A DNA stretch of 56,483 bases from a virus (IMGVR_UViG_3300031227_000050:1-56483); one strand, 5' to 3'; shown: positions 44,960-54,059, counted from the first letter of the stretch. The notes: a model not told the origin generated them from the sequence alone. Numbers and translations: made by a program.

Positions 44960-47461
44960 TTATAGTTTAATACCCATTCTACGTAAAAATTCTTTGTCAA
45001 CCCATGACTGAATTGCTCCAGCAGTAGCTTCTGCCCCCAGCACATCCATTTGACCGTTACGAAGATTTTCTATAGCATCTTTATACAATACACCAAGCAA
45101 GGCTTCATTGTACAATGTACTCTTGGCTTTAACATCTTCGATAGTCAGCTTTTTCAAAAACTCTTTGCGAACCCAATTGTCAATAGCGTCTGCTGTACGC
45201 GCTTGACCCTGTAATTTAGTATGTCCATCACAATACAGTGTACCCTTGCGCAGTTGCACCACCGCCTCTCTATATAGTGTAGCAAAAACCGCCCATTGTC
45301 TTACACTTTCTCCATCTTTTTCTTTAAGCGCAAATAATTGTTGCATATATTCCTCACCCTGTGGTGTCACTGGTAATATTGGAGCTTCTTCTGTTTCCAC
45401 AGGGACAGTTCGTTGTTCCATCAAACCACTGTTATCTATGATGGTTGTAACACTGCTAGGAATCTTTTCAGTTAGTCTTTGCTCAAATATGTTAACGACT
45501 TCTGTTTTAAGCTCGTCTACCATCTTCTTTATGTCTTCAGTAGTTACAGAAGGAACTACAGGTACAGGTGAAGCAGGAAGAATTACAGGTACGGGTTTGG
45601 GCTCGGGCTCAACCGGAGTCGATACCGTTAATAAATCCTTTACCCTATCTAGTTCTTTATCAACCTTGCTAGACAGTTCTGTGGTAATATCTTTCATAGC
45701 ATCTTTCAATGTGCTACCAGTTTGTAGTCCACCTAATAGCTTACTTACTTTGTCTCCCAGTCGCGTTTCTATATCATTAAGCTCTTTTCGCAATTGATTG
45801 GCAAAGTCCTCACCGATAATAGGCGTTAGCTTTTCTTGTATAACATCTTCAACCTTATCCATCTGGTCTTTGACTTTAGTACGACCTCCACCCTTCCACC
45901 ACTTCCAAACGAACAACAAAATTACTGGTAATATAGCGCTACCAATACCAACGCCTGTTGCTGTAGTAAAACCAATAGTACTGTTCTCTTGTTCTACAAT
46001 GACATTATCTTTTTCTTCTATTACATTATCTTTTTCTGCTAAATTATTTTCCAATAAGTTAGCTTTATTTGTAAGCTCTGTAATAGATGATTGATAAGTT
46101 TGTATCTGTTTAACTAAATCATCGAGCGTTGTTTGTTTAGTAGCAGCCTGCTTACTTAGTTCTTCCAACTGTTCTTTATGTGACTGTTGTGCAGCTATAC
46201 TACCGGCTTTAATTGTCTTAATCTCACCATGTAAACCATCAATGATACTTATAGTTTCAAGTAATTCCTTACGAAGCTGTGTTTCTGCTACTTGTAACTT
46301 TGCTATTTCGGTATTTAGTATTTCAACTTCTACATCCTTGTTGAGTAATTGCTTTTTTAATTGCTCCAATTCTTCCTTGGTTTTGTCATCATCGCCTGAC
46401 CACTCTGGTAATGTTCCATAAGGGTTGTTATTATCTGGTGCGGGTTGATTCGGTGGTACCGGCGTTGGTGGCACTGGAACCGGAGGTACTGGTTGTCTTG
46501 GTCTTGGTAAAATGCGTGGTATAATTGGATTAGGATTAGGTCTAAAGTAATCCCCACCACCATAGTTAGGAGGACAGGTTCCGCCAGGACACTGTACATT
46601 CCATTGAACTACACGAATACCCTTTGGAACAACAGCTTCATAACTACCATCAACAAAAAATGTCATACGATAATACTTACTGTCATTACCTAATGCAAAC
46701 CCGCCACCCGGAGCTGTACAAGCACCTTGTGCTACTTCCACATAATGGTCTGGAACCCTAGCAAGTTTTAATACTGCACCCTTTTGTAGTTTATAAAATG
46801 TATCTATTAGAACTGCTGCGCCCTTAGCTTTCTCATATCCAGTAGCATCAGTCTGAACTGTTATAGGACCGATGCGCCAGGTAACAATACCCATCATCCT
46901 AGTTTGATATTCATCATCAATCTTGACTACTACATGAAGACCGCTTCCACTTTGACCACCAACAGGAGGTGGATGAAAAATTACTCTATTACCCTCATTT
47001 TTTACAACTATACCTTCCCAACCATTTGCCCACGCACCTCTACCACAACCGGCAGAGGCTACATATGCGCCAGTCTTATTGACATAATTAGGTTGTACTA
47101 ATGGAATAACACGAGGTGGGTATTTACCAAAATACCGTGCATCTACTGCCATAATTGCAAAATCAACCGGAGTCCGTTCATCATGTCTTTTCCATACAAT
47201 TGTAGCAGGAAGCATCTTAGTCTTGTGTCCTAGTTTAAAAAATTCAACATACCCTGTGCTGTTATTGCCAACCACATGTGCATTAGTAAAGACATAATAC
47301 TTACCATCTTTATGTAAATAGCATGTACCGCTACCCTTAGCGCCACGTACAGACACTCTACAAGTAGCTTCTAAGATTTGCGTAACGGTCAGTGGTTTGG
47401 CGTGAGCTATAGAGGTGCTAAACAAACCTATTGTTAAACATAGGAAGATTGTTTTGAACAT
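44960..47461 (-). CDS. exported trypsin-like serine protease with Pro-rich linker, coiled coil, TM helix and repeated C-terminal module
   Basis: signal peptide, GSGT, TNAHVV, VDFA, GQSGSG, CPGGTCP. Confidence 0.85.
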   Translation of the reverse strand: MFKTIFLCLTIGLFSTSIAHAKPLTVTQILEATCRVSVRGAKGSGTCYLHKDGKYYVFTNAHVVGNNSTGYVEFFKLGHKTKMLPATIVWKRHDERTPVDFAIMAVDARYFGKYPPRVIPLVQPNYVNKTGAYVASAGCGRGAWANGWEGIVVKNEGNRVIFHPPPVGGQSGSGLHVVVKIDDEYQTRMMGIVTWRIGPITVQTDATGYEKAKGAAVLIDTFYKLQKGAVLKLARVPDHYVEVAQGACTAPGGGFALGNDSKYYRMTFFVDGSYEAVVPKGIRVVQWNVQCPGGTCPPNYGGGDYFRPNPNPIIPRILPRPRQPVPPVPVPPTPVPPNQPAPDNNNPYGTLPEWSGDDDKTKEELEQLKKQLLNKDVEVEILNTEIAKLQVAETQLRKELLETISIIDGLHGEIKTIKAGSIAAQQSHKEQLEELSKQAATKQTTLDDLVKQIQTYQSSITELTNKANLLENNLAEKDNVIEEKDNVIVEQENSTIGFTTATGVGIGSAILPVILLFVWKWWKGGGRTKVKDQMDKVEDVIQEKLTPIIGEDFANQLRKELNDIETRLGDKVSKLLGGLQTGSTLKDAMKDITTELSSKVDKELDRVKDLLTVSTPVEPEPKPVPVILPASPVPVVPSVTTEDIKKMVDELKTEVVNIFEQRLTEKIPSSVTTIIDNSGLMEQRTVPVETEEAPILPVTPQGEEYMQQLFALKEKDGESVRQWAVFATLYREAVVQLRKGTLYCDGHTKLQGQARTADAIDNWVRKEFLKKLTIEDVKAKSTLYNEALLGVLYKDAIENLRNGQMDVLGAEATAGAIQSWVDKEFLRRMGIKL

Positions 47462-47549
47462 AATTTACTCCGCTTAAAAGTATCCGATTATTAACTTCTA
47501 TAGTATAATACCCCAAATGTCAGCTTTTTAGAACTAAATATGACCACTT

Positions 47550-48038
47550 TTAGAAAGCTGAATCCAGCAATAAGTCTACCATATCTTTGATTTCATGATA
47601 TACCTTGTGTTGTGGGACCATTGAGTATCGTTTAGTAGCCTTTTCTTTTATCCAATCTCTCAAATCGTTACCAAATTCTGTAGCCCTAGCATGAAAATCG
47701 CACACCATTTCTGCCAAATAAAGCCTATCCATAGTACGAATACCACCTATCCATGCATCTGGGTGATGTTTGTTTATAGTTTGGTGCTGTAATAGAGCAG
47801 CTTTGAAGAGTTCTGGAGTATGTTTTTTAGAATCATCTGTAAGATATTCCCATTCTACTCCATAGAATTTGGAATGGTCATGAACTAATCCATTAGCTAT
47901 TAACCTATGTCCAAGGTCTATTTCTCCCGCTTCTATAAGTCTACCTCCTAAAAGGTTGCAAGACTTAAATACATTTTCGATGTGGCGTATCAATGCGTCT
48001 CTGCGCTTTTGACACTTTTTAATTTCTAAACTAGCCAT
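47550..48038 (-). CDS. HD-like (DUF5662-type) protein
   Basis: HIENV, HDHSKF, HQTINKHHP, EMVCD. Confidence 0.75.
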   Translation of the reverse strand: MASLEIKKCQKRRDALIRHIENVFKSCNLLGGRLIEAGEIDLGHRLIANGLVHDHSKFYGVEWEYLTDDSKKHTPELFKAALLQHQTINKHHPDAWIGGIRTMDRLYLAEMVCDFHARATEFGNDLRDWIKEKATKRYSMVPQHKVYHEIKDMVDLLLDSAF

Positions 48039-48216
48039 TTAATATACCTAGAAACCTCAATGGATTTCTATCTTCTCGATAAGATTTTCTAATATCGGGT
48101 AAAATTTGATTTGGTTGAAACAAAAACAAATAGTGTACCAAATCTATTACTAATATCAATAGTAGCAAATAACCTATTATAAAATAAATAATATCATACC
48201 ACATCTCTGTTTACTC

Positions 48217-48432
48217 CTATCTATATAAGTCTACCAGTACCATTAATATACTTATCACAAATGTACCACCAAAAAATAACGTTGATGGCAACATGTCTAT
48301 AAATGACAGGGTACCACGAGACCTATTCTTATCTGCATGTTTCATAAATTTTGTAGCAGACATATACATAGATGAATCTTTATGTTTATGATAGATTGCC
48401 ATTATTTGTTTACCTTTAATAAATCTTTCCAA
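48217..48432 (-). CDS. small membrane protein
   Basis: C-terminal TM; start probably near 48402. Confidence 0.45.
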   Translation of the reverse strand: MERFIKGKQIMAIYHKHKDSSMYMSATKFMKHADKNRSRGTLSFIDMLPSTLFFGGTFVISILMVLVDLYR

Positions 48433-48440
48433 GGAATGAG

Positions 48441-48514
48441 TAGGGATGGAGAGAGTCGAACTCTCACTATCTAGTATTTGAAACTAGTGCCTCTGCCAAT
48501 TGGGCTACATCCCT
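48441..48514 (-). tRNA. tRNA-Leu(CAA), short variable loop
   Basis: CTAGT-TT-CAA-AT-ACTAG; D arm GCCCAATTGGCAGAGGC. Confidence 0.85.
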
Positions 48515-48524
48515 CCTTAGTTCT

Positions 48525-48552
48525 ACTATACCATCAATTTGTGATTTGTCAA
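48525..48552 (-). promoter_or_regulatory. sigma70-like promoter
   Basis: TTGACA-N16-TATAGT. Confidence 0.75.
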
Positions 48553-48815
48553 CAAGGATTTATATACATTGGAATAAATAACAGACGTTTCAGGTCATCC
48601 AGCGAACTCCCAATGGCTATACCGATAGCAAAGGCAGTCATAATTAGGATGAGAGTTAAAATAGAAAAGGTTGTGCCTGTGTTATGTATATTAACTGTAC
48701 ACGGTGGGTAACTATGTATGATATCTAACACTTTAGTTTGTAACAGTTTATATCCCATGCTTGTTGGTGGACGCTTTTCTGGGAATATATTTTTGACTTT
48801 GTCGTATAAATTCAT
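48549..48815 (-). CDS. membrane protein
   Basis: one TM helix; GGAGG RBS. Confidence 0.5.
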   Translation of the reverse strand: MNLYDKVKNIFPEKRPPTSMGYKLLQTKVLDIIHSYPPCTVNIHNTGTTFSILTLILIMTAFAIGIAIGSSLDDLKRLLFIPMYINPC

Positions 48816-49092
48816 AAGACTGTACCTCCGTATGATTGACCCTTAAAGATTTAACAGGCCATAGATACCTTTGTCCGCCCATTTCAACTTCAATCTTTTT
48901 ACCTGCTACAATCTGTCCCATGTGGATAAACATTATGGTATCTATTCTGCCAGAAGTAGACCCTAGTATGGTAATTTTACTACCATTGAGCAGGAGAAAA
49001 TCCTGTTCACCTATTTGGAAAAACTTTATACCATTAATTTCTAAAGGGCTACTTAACATAATGGCCACTGACAGTAATATACCATACACCAT
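48748..49092 (-). CDS. hypothetical exported protein
   Basis: hydrophobic N-terminus; coupled start. Confidence 0.45.
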   Translation of the reverse strand: MVYGILLSVAIMLSSPLEINGIKFFQIGEQDFLLLNGSKITILGSTSGRIDTIMFIHMGQIVAGKKIEVEMGGQRYLWPVKSLRVNHTEVQSYEFIRQSQKYIPRKASTNKHGI

Positions 49093-49583
49093 CAGGCTAT
49101 CCTACCTAAACCCAGCGGCATTGTCCAATTTTCATAATCTAAGTAGTGTTCTATTACATGAAAACCCATTGGTTCACCTATGCGTACAGTCTGATAAATA
49201 TGGTCGGGACGCCGCCACCCTGGGTCTATGCCTAAAGCCTTAGCCCATGCCTTGCGCACTACACTAACACAATTTTCTCCAAGTGTTTGTCTGCGCCAGA
49301 ACATAAATACGGAGGCTAACTTGCGGTATGGTTTACCGACTAGATTGTAAGCTACTATGGAGGCATCATAAGCTATACCACTATCAAAATATCGTATGAC
49401 CTTATACTCTGGATATCTTAATCTAAACTTTTTTATTTCTACAGCAATGACTTTATTGGGACCAGCTTGGGCTTCAATTATGTAGTCGCCGGCACTAATA
49501 GATGCATGGTTCCAGTAACCTGGTGTGTCGTTACCGACTTCGTCAGTGTTACGGGTTATGATTATGTCACCTGATTGGTTCAT
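49092..49583 (-). CDS. permuted papain-like amidase (YiiX/C92)
   Basis: GDIII, GYWNHASI, IIEA, VGKPY, NCVSVV.KAW. Confidence 0.75.
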   Translation of the reverse strand: MNQSGDIIITRNTDEVGNDTPGYWNHASISAGDYIIEAQAGPNKVIAVEIKKFRLRYPEYKVIRYFDSGIAYDASIVAYNLVGKPYRKLASVFMFWRRQTLGENCVSVVRKAWAKALGIDPGWRRPDHIYQTVRIGEPMGFHVIEHYLDYENWTMPLGLGRIA

Positions 49584-50208
49584 TAAGATATTCCTGTACT
49601 AAAGTTAGCGCTCTTTGTTTATCATCTAAACGAGATATATAATTTGCATGAAATAGTACCATATTATTTGGTATAAAATCAACAATATTGTCTAGAGGTT
49701 TATATTTTTTATGTATAAATTCTATATTCCAAAATTGTTCTTTAGGAAGTAAGAACCCGTTTATAGTATGCCATAATGCTTGTAACGCTGCTTGGTCATG
49801 TAATGTTTGATTTTTAGTTGGGGTAAGCCTTATAGCTTTGTCAAACATTTGTACAAGTTTGGTTGTACATTTCAACATCATAAAACCAGAACACATTTTT
49901 TCACAATCCCTTGATGCTACTACGTCATACTCATAATAGGGTTCTAGATATGGTTTTAAATAATTAACACAAAATAATATATCACTATCAATCCACAATA
50001 TATTAGTACTCAGATTTTTACAAACATAATGTCTAATCATTTCCAATTTAAACTTAGCTATCTTCCAAAAGTCTCCTTCGGCATGATTACCACCAAAATA
50101 TTTATCATAATATATTGTTGTTAATTGAATGTCTTGCGGAATAGAAGGTATCAAAAATTTGTGTAGCATTGAAGCATGACTAGTAGTATATAATGTATAT
50201 GCTTTCAT
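49567..50208 (-). CDS. nucleotide-diphospho-sugar transferase (GT-A)
   Basis: LWIDSDILF, CSGFM, HDQAAL, FHANY. Confidence 0.8.
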   Translation of the reverse strand: MKAYTLYTTSHASMLHKFLIPSIPQDIQLTTIYYDKYFGGNHAEGDFWKIAKFKLEMIRHYVCKNLSTNILWIDSDILFCVNYLKPYLEPYYEYDVVASRDCEKMCSGFMMLKCTTKLVQMFDKAIRLTPTKNQTLHDQAALQALWHTINGFLLPKEQFWNIEFIHKKYKPLDNIVDFIPNNMVLFHANYISRLDDKQRALTLVQEYLNEPIR

Positions 50209-50969
50209 TTTATATCAACGTTGTTATGCCATATTGTATGAAGTGGTGGATAAATCCAAATCTTTTCTCCCAATAAACGAATTTGATTATGTAATCCTTT
50301 GTGTTCACACCACCCATCTTGTGGATAATATCCATCTAAACATTGTGATAATATATCCATTTTGTATAATGCAACACCGCCAAATGCAGACCATACTTCA
50401 ATAGGTTTATCATATTGAGTAAGAGAATTTAAACATGGATGCACTTTGAGAGCATGAGTCATAGCAGTCTTAGGCCAATTGGCAGTAAGTAGTTTGGTTT
50501 GATGGGATAATTGTAGAGCTAACCAATCGTAATAATATTGTTGACTCAAATCCTTACCGTTGGCAGTTAAAACAGCCCAGTTTAAATCAATGGGTTGAAA
50601 GAGAGAATCTAAACAAAAATATTTTAAGTCTAAATCTATAACTAATACGTAATCAAAATCTAGTTGATGTTGTATAATATATTGAAAGGTTTGGTTTCTA
50701 GCATCAGCAATACGTTACAATCTATTATTACTAATACCTGTATTATTATAAGTGGTAAACAATGTTTCTGAAACAATAGTAATATGTGGTAACTTTTGTA
50801 TTGTTTGTAATACCCTTTTAGTGTAATCTATAGAATCATTTTCATAGATAAACAAATGATATGTTGTTGTGTATTTTTCTAATACTTTTAAGAGTTTAAG
50901 AATCTTGGTTTTTAAATATAATAGATTTGGTGCCGCGTTTCTTAATATACTAATAGCTAAAACGTTCAT
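50205..50969 (-). pseudogene. GT-A glycosyltransferase (CAP59/GT69-like) with one in-frame TAA at 50715-50717
   Basis: YENDSIDYT...NNRL*RIADARN...VLVIDLD...TANG...YYDWLAL...VWSAFGGVALYK...CEH, all in one frame. Confidence 0.75.
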
Positions 50970-51727
50970 AATTGTGTTATGATAGCATTTGATGTTATGT
51001 TATCAGTAGCTATAAAAGTTTGATTTTTATTATCTATAAGATGTGTAGCACAACCCAAGATGGTTGCCCACCAACTAAATGTACTTCTATATGATACTAT
51101 AGTTGTAGATTCTGCTAATCTATACCAAGCATCAATCCACGAAGAAGTATGATATATAGGTAAATCATAACAATTGCGAATGGTTTTTATAATAAAATGA
51201 TTGGGGTCATCAGTAATAATTTCGGTTGGTATAGAAAGGTTTAATAAACGTATAGCTTGCTTAAAAAAACGAATTTTTTCTATAATATAATAATTATATC
51301 GTTTACGTACATAATATTGATGAGTATCGGTTAATCTAATATGTATGACATTTCTAAGTGTAGGTATTAATTTCTTTTTAGTAGTTAACCATGTTTTCAT
51401 TATAGGTCTGTTCGGTAATAAATTTTTATCGGCATCATAACCCATATAAACAATTGGTTGCGTTGGAGGGTGATTAAACGGTGGAAACTCCCAGTCTTTA
51501 TCTATTATTAAGGGTTCGCCGGTTAATATTCTACCACTTGGCCATTGTATATGATTAAAAATATATGGTAGGGTAAACTCTTTGGCGTGAATAACATTAC
51601 CATTTTTGTGTTGAGGATGTTGTCCGCCATGTACTAACTTTAAATTGTGTTTTGTAGCATAGTGTCTTACTAACATATATTGCCAAATTTGATTACCTAA
51701 ACCATTTTTAGTATATAATGTTATCAC
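50966..51727 (-). CDS. GT11 (alpha-1,2-fucosyltransferase-like)
   Basis: GLGNQIWQY, IHIRLTD, ITDDP, STFSWWA. Confidence 0.8.
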   Translation of the reverse strand: MITLYTKNGLGNQIWQYMLVRHYATKHNLKLVHGGQHPQHKNGNVIHAKEFTLPYIFNHIQWPSGRILTGEPLIIDKDWEFPPFNHPPTQPIVYMGYDADKNLLPNRPIMKTWLTTKKKLIPTLRNVIHIRLTDTHQYYVRKRYNYYIIEKIRFFKQAIRLLNLSIPTEIITDDPNHFIIKTIRNCYDLPIYHTSSWIDAWYRLAESTTIVSYRSTFSWWATILGCATHLIDNKNQTFIATDNITSNAIITQL

Positions 51728-52386
51728 AATAGTTGTTGTCCTCTATGCATAATTAAAGTACGCTCTCTTGCATGTTCTGGTCTTAAACATATAGCATGAG
51801 CATCTTCTCTATCTACCTCGTTGTCTATTATTGGTTTATGAACCCGGTTATTTTTTTTAACTATTGATTGAACTAAATAGCTAAAATAGATGTCTTCATG
51901 ATAATTTTGTTTTATGTCTTGTGTAATATTTTCGGTTAACATATGTTGCAACATATAGTATACATAGTTCTTATGGGACATAGATGCTCTACATCCAACT
52001 ATGTCCACTTCGGCTTCTTTACACTCTACAAAAATAGCATATGTATTATCTGGTTTGGGAACCCTACCCCAAAAACCATGAAGAATAGTATCATCTTCTA
52101 ACCAATGGTTGTAAAGAAGCTGAATATTTTCCATTGGTATAAAAGCATCATCATCAACAAATAATAAACAATCGGTTGTAGAATGTAAGGCCGCCAGCCA
52201 TCTAGATGGCATACCAATATCCACAGGAGGATTAATAACAATAGCTTTTGAATGTTGAATATTTATCTTAACAGAGCTATTATTCCAAATGATAACCTCT
52301 TTAACAATAGGAAATTGTAAATATTTACCGGCTCTATATTTAAGTTTTAGATGCCGTTTCCAGTTTAACATAACTAAACTTAACAT
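51724..52386 (-). CDS. GT64/EXTL2-like glycosyltransferase
   Basis: LNWKR, EVIIWNN, LLFVDDD, HEDIYFS. Confidence 0.7.
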   Translation of the reverse strand: MLSLVMLNWKRHLKLKYRAGKYLQFPIVKEVIIWNNSSVKINIQHSKAIVINPPVDIGMPSRWLAALHSTTDCLLFVDDDAFIPMENIQLLYNHWLEDDTILHGFWGRVPKPDNTYAIFVECKEAEVDIVGCRASMSHKNYVYYMLQHMLTENITQDIKQNYHEDIYFSYLVQSIVKKNNRVHKPIIDNEVDREDAHAICLRPEHARERTLIMHRGQQLL

Positions 52387-52426
52387 ATGAATATTCTCTC
52401 GACTATTTTGTTTTTAAATCAACTAG

Positions 52427-52500
52427 TGGGCAATACTGGACTCGAACCAGTGGTCCCTAGTGTGTTGGACTAGTGCTTTAACCATCTAAGCTAATCGCCC
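52427..52500 (-). tRNA. tRNA-Val(AAC), with A34 and C33
   Basis: CTAGT-CC-AAC-AC-ACTAG; Val-like body GGGCGAT/ATTGCCC-A. Confidence 0.8.
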
Positions 52501-52501
52501 T

Positions 52502-52579
52502 TGCCTGTGGGGTATAATCAGACCTATCTGAGTACCCCTTTAGGGAACGGTTATCATTTCGACTCGGCTTCCCAAGGCA
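52502..52579 (-). ncRNA. three-way-junction structured RNA between tRNAs
   Basis: stems TGCCT/AGGCA, GGGAA/TTCCC, GGGGTA/TACCCC and TCAGA/TCTGA. Confidence 0.4.
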
Positions 52580-52647
52580 GCATTGCCCCACCTAGTGATA
52601 GTTTACAGACTTCACCAACGGTCTTTACTCACGAGGCTCATAATCAG

Positions 52648-52719
52648 TGCGCCATAAGAGATTTGAACTCTTACAAACTGCTTGGAAGGCAGTTATGCTA
52701 CCATTAACATCAATGACGC
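52648..52719 (-). tRNA. tRNA-Gly(TCC)
   Basis: ACTGC-CT-TCC-AA-GCAGT. Confidence 0.9.
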
Positions 52720-52720
52720 A

Positions 52721-53350
52721 TTATTTTCTACCCTTATGATGAACCCACATAGGCCCAACATGAATAGAAAATGTAAACAGTGGTATTCTAGTAGCAAAAT
52801 AATCATTCGCAAAAATAGCATCATCTAAACCAGCGTGGTCAGAGTATGCTGGATATCTAGTACAAAAAGAACTGTGCCACATTTGAAAGTAGCCTACGAA
52901 CCAATCCACATGTGTGAAGTCCTCTATAGAGTATGTACACTTATTGGCAAAAAAATCCGCCAATTCTTTGTCATTATTGAGCAAAAGTCTCCCCCGTACA
53001 CTGTACAGGGCAAACTTATTGAGGGGTGTGGCTAATTCAATCGCCTCTTTAAAGCCAATTGGCAACAGAATAGTGTCCGCATCAAGCTGAACTAACCAAC
53101 CGTCTTTGTCACAGGCGTCTAAACCATCATTAATAGCGCGGCCCTTAGCAAAGTCCGCGCCATCTTCGTGTAGTTTAGTTGTTGTAACACACTCTAGGTT
53201 ATTCTTTTCACACAGCCGCCGAGTTGTAGTGTCATTGGGGTCTGTAACGATTATCCAACGGTCAAAACACTGGCGATTTCTTTCCATACCAAGCGTAAGA
53301 TAGTCTGAGTAGTTTTCACAAACTGTTACAGCTTCTATCTTAGTGTTCAT
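52721..53350 (-). CDS. GT2-like glycosyltransferase
   Basis: VTVCENYSDYL, FAKGRAINDGL, VQLDADT, GYFQMW. Confidence 0.75.
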   Translation of the reverse strand: MNTKIEAVTVCENYSDYLTLGMERNRQCFDRWIIVTDPNDTTTRRLCEKNNLECVTTTKLHEDGADFAKGRAINDGLDACDKDGWLVQLDADTILLPIGFKEAIELATPLNKFALYSVRGRLLLNNDKELADFFANKCTYSIEDFTHVDWFVGYFQMWHSSFCTRYPAYSDHAGLDDAIFANDYFATRIPLFTFSIHVGPMWVHHKGRK

Positions 53351-53539
53351 AGTAAACACTTACCTATATAGTTGCCCACCAACATACCAACGGCAAATAC
53401 GCTGGCCACGATGACCACCAGACTACCTAAGATACCCGGACCCCCTTTGAATAAAACATCATCTGGTTCTGGGAATACAAATGCCATTACTAAGCCTCAA
53501 AATATAGTTGTTCCTACTATCGCCCAAAGTACTGGCATT

Positions 53540-53764
53540 TTAGTAACCCTTATGAAAAATTAACAGATTGACTATAATATTTGTTATCAAGCTGATGTAT
53601 GGGATGTCTCTAAAATGATTAAGAAACACCATCAACAAACCAAATGAAGACCAAGCTGTGACGATGCCCCCATAAATAATAAACCCTTCGTTCGTTTGCC
53701 TATAGAGTGTCCATAACCCAGCAATGAAATATAGCATTAAAAACAGTGTAGTGTATACTTCCAT
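53540..53764 (-). CDS. small membrane protein
   Basis: three hydrophobic segments; AGGAG RBS. Confidence 0.55.
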   Translation of the reverse strand: MEVYTTLFLMLYFIAGLWTLYRQTNEGFIIYGGIVTAWSSFGLLMVFLNHFRDIPYISLITNIIVNLLIFHKGY

Positions 53765-53788
53765 ATTTTCTCCTGCTAAATTACTAAG

Positions 53789-53860
53789 TAGCCCGTGGGG
53801 GAATCGAACCCAAGCCTAGCAGAGTTTCGTAGACTCCGTACCCAATCCATAGGACAGGCC
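53789..53860 (-). tRNA. tRNA-Arg(ACG), reduced D arm
   Basis: GGAGT-CT-ACG-AA-ACTCT. Confidence 0.75.
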
Positions 53861-53865
53861 AAAAG

Positions 53866-53936
53866 AGGCGCTAGAAAGAATTGAACTTTCACGTTCTGTG
53901 TTGCAGACAGAAATCCTCATACCAAAGGATAGCGCC
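53866..53936 (-). tRNA. tRNA-Cys(GCA)
   Basis: TCTGT-CT-GCA-AC-ACAGA; U73. Confidence 0.8.
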
Positions 53937-53937
53937 A

Positions 53938-53983
53938 GTACGGGTTTTTGTGGACACTGGTTGCAAAACCCGCGAAACCAGCA
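53938..53983 (-). ncRNA. putative H-type pseudoknot element, copy 1
   Basis: GCTGGTT/AACCAGT crossed with GCGGGTTTT/AAAACCCGT; abuts the tRNA-Cys 5' end. Confidence 0.5.
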
Positions 53984-54059
53984 ATGATATACGTCTTACT
54001 CAAGTACAGGGAGTCGAACCCCACGTATTGTCCATCATTTAGGTAGCGTCCTACCTTAG

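Noticed and set aside
48441-48514. Sec or opal-suppressor (TCA) reading of the TTTCAAA loop
   Set aside because: The 5-bp stem CTAGT/ACTAG centres CAA as the anticodon, and no tRNA-Sec features are present
52502-52579. Hammerhead ribozyme (CTGA and GAAA present)
   Set aside because: CTGATTA is not CUGANGA and sits within a stem; the junction order does not match
53938-53983. HDV-like (theta) ribozyme next to a tRNA
   Set aside because: No P3/L3 or P1.1 elements, and it lies 5' rather than 3' of the tRNA
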